A DNA stretch of 62,035 bases, the filler included. It is 5 parts of 5 records of this genome, joined end to end, with 100 filler letters (N's around TTAATTAATTAA, not from the genome) between each part and the next. Parts side by side here need not be neighbours in the genome. Positions count along the whole stretch, not along the records: positions 1 to 7,409 come from SRR20825019_169; positions 7,510 to 26,631 come from SRR20825019_173; 3 more parts are not named here. One strand, given 5' to 3'. Shown here one piece after another: positions 1 to 12,464 of the stretch (position 1 is the first letter of the stretch; each line of letters starts with the position of its first letter). The notes under the pieces were generated by a model, which had not been told where the DNA came from, searched no databases, and was given only the letters and a program-made list of their open reading frames with translations. The position numbers and the translations under genes were made by a program.

Positions 1-42
1 GGCGCGCCAGGCGATCTGGGCGTTGGAGAGTTTGGTGCTCAT
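1..42 (-). CDS. pcaJ: 3-oxoadipate CoA-transferase subunit B, 5' fragment (truncated by window edge)
   Basis: Reverse strand reads MSTKLSNAQIAWRA; ATG overlaps the pcaI stop (ATGA coupling). Confidence 0.75.
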   Translation of the reverse strand, partial: MSTKLSNAQIAWRA

Positions 43-761
43 GCGTAGGCCACTCCTTCGCGCATCAGGGCTTCTTCCTGCTTGGGGTCGGACACTTCGA
101 CGATGCCATCGACAAAGATGCCGGGGGTGACGACATGCTCAGGGTCGATGTCGCCGGGCGCGACGATCCTCGTCGCCTGCACGATGGTCTTTGCGGCAGC
201 AGCGGCCATCAAGGGCGAGAAATTGCGGGCCGCCTTGCGGTAGGTCAGATTGCCCAGCGTATCGGCCAGTTCGGCCTTGAGAATAGCCACGTCGGCCTTG
301 AGCCAGCGTTCCTGGACATAATGCTTGCCGTCGAACTCGGCGACCGGCTTGCCCTTGGCCACATCGGTGCCATAGCTGGCCGGCGTATAAAAGGCCGGGA
401 TGCCAGCACCGGCGGCGCGGATGCGCTCAGCCAGCGTGCCCTGCGGCACCAGTTCGAGCCCGATTTCACCGGCCAGGTATTTCTCGGTGAACGCGCGCGG
501 ATCGGCGGAACGCGGGAAGGAGCAGATCATCCTGCCCACCATGCCCGCGTCGATCATGGCGGCAATACCAATGCGGCCATTGCCGGCATTGTTATTGACC
601 ACGGTGAGGTTCTTGGGGCTGCCGGTGGCCTTGAAGCGGTCGATCAGCGCATGAATGAGTTCGATCGGCGCGCCGGAGCCGCCGAAGCCGCCCACCATAA
701 CCACCATGCCGTCTTCAATGCCCGCCACGGCCGTGGCGAGATCGGGCACTGTCTTGTCCAT
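39..761 (-). CDS. pcaI: 3-oxoadipate CoA-transferase subunit A
   Basis: MDKTV start; GGFGGSGAP, NNNAG, ELVPQGTLAERIRAAGAGIPAFYT and HVVTPGIFVD family I CoA-transferase motifs; pca context. Confidence 0.9.
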   Translation of the reverse strand: MDKTVPDLATAVAGIEDGMVVMVGGFGGSGAPIELIHALIDRFKATGSPKNLTVVNNNAGNGRIGIAAMIDAGMVGRMICSFPRSADPRAFTEKYLAGEIGLELVPQGTLAERIRAAGAGIPAFYTPASYGTDVAKGKPVAEFDGKHYVQERWLKADVAILKAELADTLGNLTYRKAARNFSPLMAAAAAKTIVQATRIVAPGDIDPEHVVTPGIFVDGIVEVSDPKQEEALMREGVAYA

Positions 762-922
762 GAGCACTCTTCCTTTCCGGTCTCGGGCGCGATCTGTTTT
801 GACAGCAATGGCGGCGCAACAGAAATGAAATGCGCGATGCATTCCATATCTCTTGAGTTATTGGTCGACCACCATTGTGATCCGAACTCGTCCAAAACAG
901 CTCGTTTCAATAACCTGAACGA

Positions 923-1951
923 TCAGGCGAGGTGTAGCTGCTGCTGCAATTTTCCGGCCAGCCTCAGGCCGGCGCCGGTGTTGACCAACATGGACGGCAG
1001 GGTCAGCCATTCCAGCGTCCAGGCGGCACCGGAGCGTTCGTTCTCATGCAGCTGGGCCTGCGCCAGTGTGCCGGACAGACCGGCATTGGAGCGCGCCAGA
1101 GCGACCAGCACCTCCGCATTGACCGGGTTGGACTTGTGCGCCATGGCCGAAGAGCCACCGCCGCCCTCAATACGCACCGCAGCAATTTCGTTCTGTGCCA
1201 GCAAGGTGACGTCCGCGCCGAACTTGCCAAGCGCGCCGGTGATCTGCGTGAGCAGGCTGCCCAGCGCGATGATCGGGTCGCGCGTTGCCTGCCATGGTGT
1301 GGCCAGGCCCAGATCGAGGCGTTGCGCCATTTTGGCGGCGATGGTGTTGCCATGCTCGCCGAAGCTGGCCCTATCGCCCACCGGGCCGCCGAGCTGAATG
1401 ACCAACAGGCCCCGCCGCAGGCTGGTGATGGCCTGCAATTGGCGCCTGAGGGGTTCGGACCAGCTGACCAGCTTGGCGCCCCAGGTGGTGGGCAAGGCCA
1501 CCTGCATGCGGGTATGGGCCACCAATTCGCGCTGCCCATGCTCTTTGGCCAGCGCATCGAAGTAGTCGATCAATGCGGTCAGGCGTGATTCATACACATC
1601 GAACACCCGAGCCAGTTGCAGCATCAGGGCCGTGTCAGTGACATCCTGGCTGGTGGCCCCCTTGTGCAATGCGGCACGGTGTGGTTCGGCCAGTTGGGCT
1701 TTCAATTGCCTGACGAGCGCGGGGACGACAACTCCGTCCTGCGCCATACCGGCTTCAAGACCCGGCCAATCCGGGTTGAACCCATCAATCGCCTGGCCAA
1801 TTGCGGTCGCAGCCGCTTCGCTGATCCAGCCGATTTCTGCGCTCGCCTCGGCCAGTGCGCGCTCGAAAGCGAGCATGGCGTCGAGCTGGGCAGCGTCGGA
1901 GAGCAGGGCTTCGACTTCAGGATCGCCGGCAAGGGCGGAGAGAAGGGTCAT
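923..1951 (-). CDS. pcaB: 3-carboxy-cis,cis-muconate cycloisomerase (short rhizobial type)
   Basis: Fumarase/aspartase-family motifs HKGATSQD and GGGGSSAMAHKSNPV, plus HENERSGAAW. Alternative GTG start at 1981. Confidence 0.92.
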   Translation of the reverse strand: MTLLSALAGDPEVEALLSDAAQLDAMLAFERALAEASAEIGWISEAAATAIGQAIDGFNPDWPGLEAGMAQDGVVVPALVRQLKAQLAEPHRAALHKGATSQDVTDTALMLQLARVFDVYESRLTALIDYFDALAKEHGQRELVAHTRMQVALPTTWGAKLVSWSEPLRRQLQAITSLRRGLLVIQLGGPVGDRASFGEHGNTIAAKMAQRLDLGLATPWQATRDPIIALGSLLTQITGALGKFGADVTLLAQNEIAAVRIEGGGGSSAMAHKSNPVNAEVLVALARSNAGLSGTLAQAQLHENERSGAAWTLEWLTLPSMLVNTGAGLRLAGKLQQQLHLA

Positions 1952-1984
1952 CGTATTTCCGTTGTTATGGAGCGCCAACACCCC

Positions 1985-2596
1985 TCACATATCGAAGAAC
2001 ACCGTTTCCCTGTCGCCCTGCAAGTGGATGTCGAGGGTGTAGGTTGCGCCATCACGCCTGGCGATCAGGGTTTCCCGGCGGCGCTTGTCCATGATCTTGT
2101 TGAGCACAAAATCGCTCGCGTTGGCCTCGGCCTCGTCCTCGAAGTAGAGCCGGGTCTGCAGGCCAATATTGATGCCGCGAGCGACGATCCAGAGCGCGAT
2201 ATGGGGCGCCATCAGCTTGCCATCGGGACCGGGCACGCGGCCGGGCTTGATGGTTTGGAACGTGGCAGCACCCGCTTCGCTCAGCGGCTGGCGGCCCCAA
2301 CCGGTGAAGGCGGGCGCAGCATTGGAATTGGGGGCGGTGGGCCCGACGAAATTGCCGCTGGCATCGGCCTGCCAGATTTCGACCACACCATCGAAAAGCG
2401 GCACACCGACGCCATCGAATGCGCGGACGGCCACATTGATGCGTTCGCCCTCGACATCGCCATTGATCATGGTCTTGCCGAGGTCCTGGGGAATGACCCC
2501 GGTGATGTCGCAGAAATTCGGCGTCATGCCGATATGGACATAGGGACCGGCGGTCTGCGACGGCGTTTCTTTCAGGGTGGGGGTCGGGTGCAACAT
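1985..2596 (-). CDS. pcaG: Protocatechuate 3,4-dioxygenase alpha subunit
   Basis: ETPSQTAGPYVHIG, EIWQADASG, ARGINIGLQTRLYF, C-terminal ETVFFD. Confidence 0.96.
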   Translation of the reverse strand: MLHPTPTLKETPSQTAGPYVHIGMTPNFCDITGVIPQDLGKTMINGDVEGERINVAVRAFDGVGVPLFDGVVEIWQADASGNFVGPTAPNSNAAPAFTGWGRQPLSEAGAATFQTIKPGRVPGPDGKLMAPHIALWIVARGINIGLQTRLYFEDEAEANASDFVLNKIMDKRRRETLIARRDGATYTLDIHLQGDRETVFFDM

Positions 2597-3342
2597 CAGT
2601 TCCCCTCTCTTCTGTTTTCAAACATGGTCGAGCGGCGACCGCGCAGCACTATATCGAAACGATAGCACAAGGCATCCATGGGCGTGGTGTTGAGGCGGTC
2701 AAGCCGCGCCGTCAATTGATCGATGGCGGCCTTGTCGTTGATGGTGGCGACGATCGGGCACTGCCAGATCATCGGGTCGCCCTCGAAATACATCTGGGTG
2801 ATCAGGCGCTGCGCAAAGGCATGGCCGAAGACCGAGAAGTGAATATGGGCGGGACGCCAGTCATTGCCGGTATTGGGCCAGGGATAGGCGCCGGGCTTGA
2901 TGGTGCGGAAGTGATAAAAGCCGTTCTCGTCGGTGATCGAACGGCCAAAGCCGCCGAAATTGGGGTCAAGCGCGGCGACGTAGCCTTCCTTCTTGTGGCG
3001 GTAGCGGCCACCGGCATTGGCCTGCCAATATTCGACCAGCGTATTGGGCACGGGCCGCGCATTCTCGTCGAGCACCTGGCCATAGACGATCATGCGCTGG
3101 CCGATGGCGTCGGTGCCATCCTGGCTGAAATTGCGGATCAGGTCGTTGTCGAGCTCGCCGAGCTTTTCGTGACCAAAGGTGGGGCCGGTCATTTCCGATT
3201 GGGTGGGGCCAAGCGAGAGCAGGCTGTGTTTGGGGGCGCGGAAGGTGGTCGACTTGTATCCCGGCGTATCGGCCTTGGGATGCCAATCGCGATCGCGCTG
3301 GAACAACTGGCCGTCGGCCCCGGGTAGAATGATGCCGCTCAT
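2596..3342 (-). CDS. pcaH: Protocatechuate 3,4-dioxygenase beta subunit
   Basis: WQANAGGRYRH, PGAYPW, WRPAHIHFS (Fe ligands), RLITQMYFEGDP. Confidence 0.96.
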   Translation of the reverse strand: MSGIILPGADGQLFQRDRDWHPKADTPGYKSTTFRAPKHSLLSLGPTQSEMTGPTFGHEKLGELDNDLIRNFSQDGTDAIGQRMIVYGQVLDENARPVPNTLVEYWQANAGGRYRHKKEGYVAALDPNFGGFGRSITDENGFYHFRTIKPGAYPWPNTGNDWRPAHIHFSVFGHAFAQRLITQMYFEGDPMIWQCPIVATINDKAAIDQLTARLDRLNTTPMDALCYRFDIVLRGRRSTMFENRREGN

Positions 3343-3728
3343 TGGGCCGTCTCCTCACGTTTCGCCAGTTCGTGCTTTGCAATCTTGTAAGCACTATTGG
3401 CGGCCGGCACGCCCGCATAGACGGCGACGTGCAACAGCAATTCCTTGATATCGTCCTCGGTGGCGCCGGTATTGACCGTGGCGCGCACATGCATGGCGAA
3501 TTCCTCTTCATGGCCCAGCCCGGCCAGCAGGGCCAGGGTCACGATGGAGCGTTCGCGCTTGGACAGGCCCGGACGCGACCAGACCGAGCCCCAGGCCCCT
3601 TCAGTGATGAAGGTCTGAAAGGCGTCATCGAGCTCGGTCGTGCGCGCGGCGGCCTTATCGACATGGCCGTCGCCCAGAACCGCGCGGCGGGTCGCCATGC
3701 CGCGATCGAACAATGACGTATCAGCCAT
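3339..3728 (-). CDS. pcaC: 4-carboxymuconolactone decarboxylase
   Basis: RRAVLGDGHVD, AWGSVWSRPGL, HVAVYAGVPAAN CMD-family motifs. Confidence 0.94.
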   Translation of the reverse strand: MADTSLFDRGMATRRAVLGDGHVDKAAARTTELDDAFQTFITEGAWGSVWSRPGLSKRERSIVTLALLAGLGHEEEFAMHVRATVNTGATEDDIKELLLHVAVYAGVPAANSAYKIAKHELAKREETAQ

Positions 3729-4512
3729 GGTCGGCCTCCTTGAGAAAGTCCTGGATCAGGTCAGCCAGGCGCACCGGCTGTTCGATGGATGGGATATGCC
3801 CGACGCCGCCGAGAATTTCGAAGCGCGAGCCGGGTATGGCGGTGCAATTGCGCACCAGATCGACTGGCGCCGCCAGATCGGCATCGCCCGCCACGATCAA
3901 CGCCGGCACCTGGATCCGCGCGATCTCCGCGCCAAGATCGGTGTCGCGCAGCGTCGCGCAGGTATTGGCATAGCCAAGGGGATTGGTGCGCAAAAAGAGA
4001 TTGCGCCAGCCGGCCAGCTCATCGGGGCGATGCTGGCGAAAATCGGGGCTGAACCAACGCTCCATCACCGGATCGGCCATGGGTTCGAGACCTTTCGTGC
4101 GGGCCATCTCGATCCGGGCCGCCCACAGAGCAGCATCGCCCATGCGTGGCGCGGTGCAGCACAGGACGAGCGCCGAGACGCATTGCGGCGCGCGCAGCGC
4201 CAAGCCCTGCGCAATAAGTCCGCCAATGGACACCCCGATCACCGCCGCCTTGCCCAGATCGAGACGATCAAGCAGGCCTTCCAGATCATCAAGATGATCG
4301 TCCAGGGCATAGTCGCCGCCTGGCGCGTCGCTCAACCCGTGGCCGCGCTTGTCATAGGACAGACAGCGATAGCGGCCGGAGAAGGCGGCGATTACCGCAT
4401 CCCAGATGCGTGCATCCGTGCCCAGGGAGTTAATGAAAACAAGAGCGGGGGCACCCTCGGGACCCGACAGGCGATAATGCAGCAAAGTGCCGTTGATGCG
4501 GGCAAATGACAT
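3721..4512 (-). CDS. pcaD: 3-oxoadipate enol-lactonase
   Basis: Alpha/beta hydrolase: NSLGTD, YDKRGHG, GVSIGG nucleophile elbow, GHIPSIEQP. Confidence 0.93.
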   Translation of the reverse strand: MSFARINGTLLHYRLSGPEGAPALVFINSLGTDARIWDAVIAAFSGRYRCLSYDKRGHGLSDAPGGDYALDDHLDDLEGLLDRLDLGKAAVIGVSIGGLIAQGLALRAPQCVSALVLCCTAPRMGDAALWAARIEMARTKGLEPMADPVMERWFSPDFRQHRPDELAGWRNLFLRTNPLGYANTCATLRDTDLGAEIARIQVPALIVAGDADLAAPVDLVRNCTAIPGSRFEILGGVGHIPSIEQPVRLADLIQDFLKEADHG

Positions 4513-4580
4513 GGCTTCCTCTTGCCCCTGATTTAAGGGACTGCCGGTGCGACTGTAAAATGATATGTCCGCTCCATAGC

Positions 4581-4596
4581 ATAACTCCCGGATTAT
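4581..4596. promoter_or_regulatory. Putative PcaQ (LysR) operator
   Basis: ATAACT-CCCG-GATTAT imperfect dyad in the pcaD/pcaQ divergent gap, resembling the rhizobial PcaQ box ATAACC-N4-GGTTAA. Confidence 0.6.
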
Positions 4597-4659
4597 TGAA
4601 TTTGCGCTGGTATCGGAATTTTTGCTACCAAATGTGCAAATGGCATAACCGGAAATGCA

Positions 4660-5591
4660 ATGTCACCGCGCATTATCGACCCTAGAATCCGCCTTCGGCA
4701 TATCGCCTGCTTTCTTGAAGTGGCGCGGCTGCGCTCCATGGCCGGTGCCGCCGACGCGCTCAACATCAGCCAGCCTGCCGCCACCAAGACGATTCAGGAA
4801 CTTGAAGCCCTGTTGGGCGGACAATTGTTTGACCGCAGCCGGCGGCGACTGTCCCTGACAGCCTTTGGCGAAGTGTTTTTCCGCTATGCCTCAACCAGCA
4901 TCGCGGCCTTGCGCCAGGGGATCGACGCGGCGCGGGGCACGCATGATACTGCCATGGTTCGGGTGGGCGCCCTGCCCACTGTATCGGCCCGGATGCTGCC
5001 CGATGCGGTGCGCGCCTTTACCGAGGACAATGGGGGGGTCAAAACCCGCATCATCACCGGGCCCAATGGCTATCTGCTTTCGCTGTTGCGCACCGGCGAT
5101 GTCGATCTGGTAATCGGCCGCATGGCCGAGCCCAATGCCATGGTGGGCCTCAGTTTCGAGCACCTCTATTCCGAGCGCGTGGTGCTGGCCGTGCGGCCCG
5201 GCCACCCTGTTCTGGACGAACCCGAGTTCAATCTCAGGCTGATCGAACATTACCAGACGCTGATGCCGACCCCGGATTCGGTGATCCGCCCGGTGGTGGA
5301 GCGCATCCTGCTGGCCCATGGGGTGACGCAATTGCGCGACGAGATCGAGACCGTGTCCAACGCCTTTGGCCGCTCCTATGTGCGCCAGACCGAAGCGATC
5401 TGGATCATTTCCGAAGGGGTGGTGGCTGATGATGTCGCCGAGGGCCGGCTGGCACTGCTGCCGGTGGACACCAGCGAAACGCTGGGACCCGTGGGCTTTA
5501 CCACCCGCACCGACACCCCGACATCATTGTCCACGACCAGCCTGATGCAGTCCGTGCGCGAGGTTGCGGAGCGTTTGCGGACAGACGGGCA

Positions 5592-5595
<4 letters not shown>
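4660..5595 (+). CDS. pcaQ: LysR-family pca regulator
   Basis: N-terminal IDPRIRLRHIACFLEVARL HTH, GALPTVSA, GPVG; divergent from pcaD. Confidence 0.93.
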
Positions 5596-7409
<1,814 letters not shown>

Positions 7410-7509
7410 NNNNNNNNNNNNNNNNNNNNNNNNNNNNNNNNNNNNNNNNNNNNTTAATTAATTAANNNNNNNNNNNNNNNNNNNNNNNNNNNNNNNNNNN
7501 NNNNNNNNN
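7410..7509. other. Artificial contig spacer (N-run with all-frame stop linker)
   Basis: N-run around TTAATTAATTAA; composition changes abruptly across it. Confidence 0.98.
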
Positions 7510-7915
7510 CTCCTCGGGCTTCTCCTCGGGCTTCTCCTCAGTCTTCTTCTGCTCGGCATCGGACTCAGCAGCCTTCTCTTCCCCCTTCTTGTCATCGTCG
7601 TCGTCACTGAAGATCGAGTCTACAGCATCATCCTCCTCCTTGGAATCCTTAGGAGCATCCTCCTTGGGGGCATCCTCCTTCTTCTCAGGAACCTCACTTA
7701 GCTCCAAGAAAGAGTCCGCCTGATCATAACAATTAGAAGATATTCAACCATTGAGGAATAATAATAAAAGAGAACAAAGAGAAAGCACATTCTAACTACA
7801 AATATTAAAAACACACCTTATAGTTCACAGTTTCAGCGGTGGGGTTGCGCAAGTACTCTCCGTACACGGCACAAACTCCCAAAATCAACAACGAAAATAC
7901 CACAGCCTTCTTCAT
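7510..7915 (-). CDS. Eukaryotic secreted acidic low-complexity protein, two exons seen, 3' truncated
   Basis: Exon 1 MKKAVVFSLLILGVCAVYG (signal-peptide-like); GT..AG intron about 7828-7720; exon 2 ADSFLELSEVPEKKEDAPK. Confidence 0.6.
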
Positions 7916-8534
7916 CTCACTATTCTCCAGTAAAACAACGCTGTTCAACAACTGTTTCCTGGCAAAGAGCTGATATTATCTTTTCCTCCTCGGCAAGCGC
8001 ACATATGTGAAGGTGCGGAAAGCAGAGTGAGCAAGAGTGGCCGGATGGTTGGCGAGCTGTGTGACTCAGCTGAGGGTCAGTGAGTAGGGAAGGAAGCACA
8101 GTGACTTGCTGCTTTGTGAGAATGTAGGGTGCTAGGGGTAGGGGTAGGATAGTAGAAACTCTACGCAACATGCGATCATGGAGTACTGCTGGGGAGATGG
8201 ACCACCGCAGAATCTTGATGCCGCCTACGTCATTGTCACGAGCCCTTCCTCACGCGCAGGGTGGCCGTGTTGGCGGCTGCCGGCGTCCGACGACGACGGC
8301 GCCTCGCCGATCCGACTCAACGCCCGCAGCCAACTGATGTGTCGGTGAAGGGATTGTTTGCCGCCCTCGCGTAGGGGTCCATTCGTTATGTGGGGAGAAT
8401 ATTTCACCCACTGTCTGCGTGCTGACCAACCAAACAATCTTCGCATGACCCCGACATAACGAATTATTCGTTGTTTGGAGATTTTCGGCTATTATCTTGA
8501 GGATGGGTCTGTTGATAGATATGTGTCAACCGAG

Positions 8535-8762
8535 CGGCCGGGTGAGCCGGTCCGACCCAACCTGGCGGGCCACCGGGCGGCCGCGGGCGGGCGGCCGGCA
8601 GGCGGCGTGCCCGGTCGTCCTTGAGGCCGCGCCGGGCCACTGCCGACCGGGCACGGCCGGGCGGCCCAACTGGTTGGGCCAGGTGGCCCCCGGTTGGTGG
8701 CGTCACTTGAGCCCGGGCCGCGCTCCGGCGTCCGGGGGCCGGGCCGCCCGCCCGCCGCCCCG
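8535..8762. promoter_or_regulatory. GC-rich island at divergent gene junction
   Basis: Dense CCGG/GGCC/CGCC sequence between the 5' ends of the 7915(-) and 8841(+) genes. Confidence 0.5.
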
Positions 8763-8840
8763 CATACTGAGTTGAGTTCATGTTTCATAAATGAACGAGA
8801 GCACCACACTTCTTGAGGGTTGACTGAGGAAGTCTTCTTC

Positions 8841-10373
8841 ATGGGCAAGCGGAAAGGGCAGGCAGCTGATGTTCCTGTATCCTCCTATCCCACCGGGTCC
8901 CTGACCAGCCATATCATTTGTGAGCTTCACCGATACATTGAAGTGTCATCACTAAAGAAGTCGTTAAAGGCTGTATGGAAAGATGTTCTTCCCGCCGGCA
9001 CTTCCATACCAAATCAGACCTTCATTAACTGGCTTTTCGAAGCAATGGCACATTCGCGATTGCGAAAAATTGAAACAGGCTATGACTGCTTGATTCCGTC
9101 ATCTGGCTTAGAGTACAGTCACGCCATTGAGAAGCACGTGCTTCTTCGGGTCCCCTGCGCGTTTAAGTGGGCGGCATCTGGGAGTGCTGAAAACCGCACG
9201 AACCTGCAGACTTATGTTTCTGCAGTCAAGAAATTCATAAACGAAAAGGCAACGACGACAGACCAGCAAAGCCTTGCTGCAAAAGTGGAGGAGTTAGCAG
9301 CGAAGGCTCTGACTCAAGACGAGAGTGAGGGTGTATCAAGTGACTCTGTAAGAAGGGCTGTGCGAGACATAAGGACAATGGTTGTCACTAAGTTGATCCC
9401 TGATATTGTTGAGAAGATCAGCAAAGCCTTGGCTGTCTCCTCTTCAGAATCGCTTGAACGCATGAGTGGGAATCGATATACTGATTCAAAGATGTTTGAA
9501 AACTGTGTCGCCGTGCACGTGTCAAGACGAGAAGAGTCAGATCGAAGTGTTATTTTGTCGTATGAACTGAAGTTAAAGGATGGTTGTGATCATGAGGTGA
9601 AATGTGCCTGGGAACAACTAGCTTCGAAACAATTACTTTCATACGCCATAAGTGAACCGGCCGCTTCGAAGCTCAAGCGGTTTTACGATAGGATCCGTCC
9701 ACACGGACAAGGCGAGACGGAATCATGTGAATATCTTGGGGAACGGGATGCTGCGTTGTTTCTGTTGCTCCACCGCTACCAGTCCCTGTTTGGCTCAGGC
9801 TCTTTCAACTGGCATTTGGCAACCCCCACCAACGTGATGGAAATATTCGGGAGGAAGCTTGGAGTCACACATGAATGCTTCGCCTCTCCATTCAATGCCC
9901 ATTTTCCCAGTTTTTGCTCTGCGTTTGGGGACACTGACAGGGCGTTTGGAAGTGTGGGGTCATTTTTTGACTTCGATCTTTCCAATGGTGGCTCGTATGA
10001 AGCTGGGCCACCATATGATGCATTCGTCATGGATATGATGAGTGCTAGAATATTAGAGAGTCTTAGATCTTGCTCAGAGCCACTTTCGTTTGCTTTGGTT
10101 TTGCCGGATTGGGATTTGGAAGGTTTTGCGGAAATGAAATCATCAAGCTTCTGTAGGGGGAGGTTCACTCTGGGGAAGGACGAGCATAAGTACGTCAGTG
10201 GTGCACAGCATCGCGAGAAGGGAAGTCGGATCCTGGTACAATACGAAGGCAGTACTCTGATCATGGTGTTGCAAAATGATGCCGCAAAGGAGAAATGGCC
10301 CGTCACTAACGAATTGCTATTGGAAATCAAGGAGGCATGGATGAATCCCATGAAATCACACGACTGCTTTTAG
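8841..10373 (+). CDS. PCIF1/CAPAM-like cap-adjacent adenosine methyltransferase-domain protein
   Basis: LLHRY, HECFASPFN, FCSAFGDTDRAFGSVGSFF, GSYEAGPPY, EPLSFALVLPDW, HKYVSGAQH, LQNDAA match the PCIF1 MTase region; appears intronless. Confidence 0.85.
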   Translation: MGKRKGQAADVPVSSYPTGSLTSHIICELHRYIEVSSLKKSLKAVWKDVLPAGTSIPNQTFINWLFEAMAHSRLRKIETGYDCLIPSSGLEYSHAIEKHVLLRVPCAFKWAASGSAENRTNLQTYVSAVKKFINEKATTTDQQSLAAKVEELAAKALTQDESEGVSSDSVRRAVRDIRTMVVTKLIPDIVEKISKALAVSSSESLERMSGNRYTDSKMFENCVAVHVSRREESDRSVILSYELKLKDGCDHEVKCAWEQLASKQLLSYAISEPAASKLKRFYDRIRPHGQGETESCEYLGERDAALFLLLHRYQSLFGSGSFNWHLATPTNVMEIFGRKLGVTHECFASPFNAHFPSFCSAFGDTDRAFGSVGSFFDFDLSNGGSYEAGPPYDAFVMDMMSARILESLRSCSEPLSFALVLPDWDLEGFAEMKSSSFCRGRFTLGKDEHKYVSGAQHREKGSRILVQYEGSTLIMVLQNDAAKEKWPVTNELLLEIKEAWMNPMKSHDCF

Positions 10374-10399
10374 TGCGGGGAGAGGGGTATATGTGAGAT

Positions 10400-12371
10400 T
10401 CATCGCCGAGACTGCTCACAGATATGATTCAGCTTCTGTGAATGACCAACATTGTGATGTTGTGTCCTGCAATTCTTGCCCCTGAACAAGCACGATGATT
10501 AGTTGGTCGTGGAGTGAAGTGTATTCATCACCTACCACCAGCAGTTTCCGCGCCTCGTGACAGCTTCGGGAAAGTCATCATTCGGAATACTTGCGCGATA
10601 GGTGTATAACATGCTCTTAAAGAAATTGGTAGAGCACAGTGTACACGCGCTGTACCCAGGGTCGAGGAGCCTAGGATATGCTGGGCATTGCCATTCGCCG
10701 CTCTTAACTTTCTCCAGGCATTCCTTGTAAACATCTGAGGGTGATATATTCTTTGCGACGAGATAGTCCACCAGTATTTGTTTCTCATGCACTGCGGGCA
10801 GAATGAGTTACCCCACAGAGAAATTCACACCAACTCCCAGATGGGTTATGTCCTTACTATTCATGTTCGTCGGAGCTAGAGGCAGGGCGGTATGGTTGTA
10901 GTCCTCCATAGGCTACAATGCTGTCAGTTTCAAGTCGTCACATAACCTTCTAGTTCTACCTTCAGGGCACCACGACCCCTGGGCACTATACAACCTTGGC
11001 CCGCTCCTTCAGAGTAGTATTGATCACAATATGGCGAATGGCATAATCCACACCTCTGCACTGCTCGCTTGTCATTCCTCTCCGGGATTAATTCCTGAGT
11101 TGCTCAGTCAACAGCGAAAATATAAAACACGGCGTTGGAGCCTACATAGCATGCACTGCACGTGATATGTATAGAGTCCGCGGTGCATTGATATCCGTCG
11201 GGGGCTGGAGGCACATGTCACGCTAAATGTCCAGAAAGCGGGCGGAATTTTACCTGGAGCGAGGCAGTGCCGGCATGTCTCCTCCGACTCCTCTGACTCT
11301 TCGTCACTGTAGTCATCGTGCCTCCGCCTGCTGAACACCCGCAGACTTTCGGTGGAAATTTTGTTCTTTTCATCCAATGCTTTGATTTCCTCATCGCTCC
11401 TCCTTTTGGCAGGATGTTGATTGAGAAAGGTATCCACTACCCCTTGAAGCTGGTGGTTTCTTCGAACCTCAACAACCTGTACACGGCACACGGGGCAGTC
11501 CTGCGAACGGGACATCCATTCACTATAGCAAGGCGCGCAGAAGTTGTGCAGACACGGCAAGGCGGATATAACCTTATAAAATACATCTCTGCATATGCCA
11601 CAACACAGCGCTTCCTCAATAGCGTCAGCTGCCTCGCTCGCAGTACTCTTATCATCGTCATCAGCTTGAATTTTCGGCTTCTTCAATGGTGTTCCTTGAA
11701 CACCTTGATCTGCTGCAGCCCGTTTACCACTAACTGGAAGGATATCCGCTCTCGGTTCAACTCTCATGTCATGCACAACCACGGCATAAATTTCTGCTTT
11801 CATATAAGCTTAGCACAAACCAATGCACGGGTTCTTACTGTCGCGAACAGCCAAGGCTGGTGTCCATGCCGTGAGAAAGGACACAATATCGCCAGCCCGA
11901 AGTATGGCCTTGTTGCCCCTTCCCACCCGTGTTCCCTGAAGTGGCGTCAGTCAGGACTGAATGCAACACTGCACCAACGTCATACATTAACGAAGACGCC
12001 GTTCACCGAGTGATCAACAATCTCAAGGACAACTTCATTGGTCTCGTCGACCTTGTAACACTTGTATTCAGCATGCTTCGAAGAAACTGCCTTGTGCCCG
12101 ATCACCACATCGTTACTAGTGGTTGACCGACCCAGCACGACAGATCCTTCCGCTGATATGTCCTGATGCTTACACTCTCCATTCAAGGACACCTAAAGCA
12201 CCCTGTTATAGAGCGCAAATATGTATAACATCACTGACTTACTAGCCGGTAGTGCTCAACGGTATCATCAGCGTTAGCACCTAAAAAATATTTCAGATGT
12301 TTTCACAGTCTGTATGCTCTCATTTCCTCACCAAAGTCATCATCACCGAGGGTTTGTGTTTGCGTTGCCAT
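10400..12371 (-). CDS. CHFR: CHFR-like E3 ubiquitin ligase (FHA, RING, Cys-rich, PBZ), multi-exon
   Basis: Spliced start MATQTQTLG; FHA (LGRS..VSSKH..SVNGVFVN); RING CGICRDV..PCLHNFCAPC..CPVC; C-terminal CWWGKNCRTQH..HSQKLNHICEQSRR like the CHFR PBZ; GT-AG introns with CTRAY branch sites. Confidence 0.88.
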
Positions 12372-12464
12372 AGTGCAAACGCATGAACTTACTGCCGCTC
12401 AAAGAACGTTTGTTTTCTTATATTTCAGTTCCGGCAGTATCGAAATGATTAGTGAAGTTTGAAG

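Noticed and set aside
135..4509. Long plus-strand ORFs (135-1397, 1616-2665, 3640-4509)
   Set aside because: Antisense shadows of high-GC pca genes with no motifs.
7454..7465. TTAATTAATTAA as a biological repeat
   Set aside because: Identical copy in the middle of each N-run; artificial all-frame stop linker.
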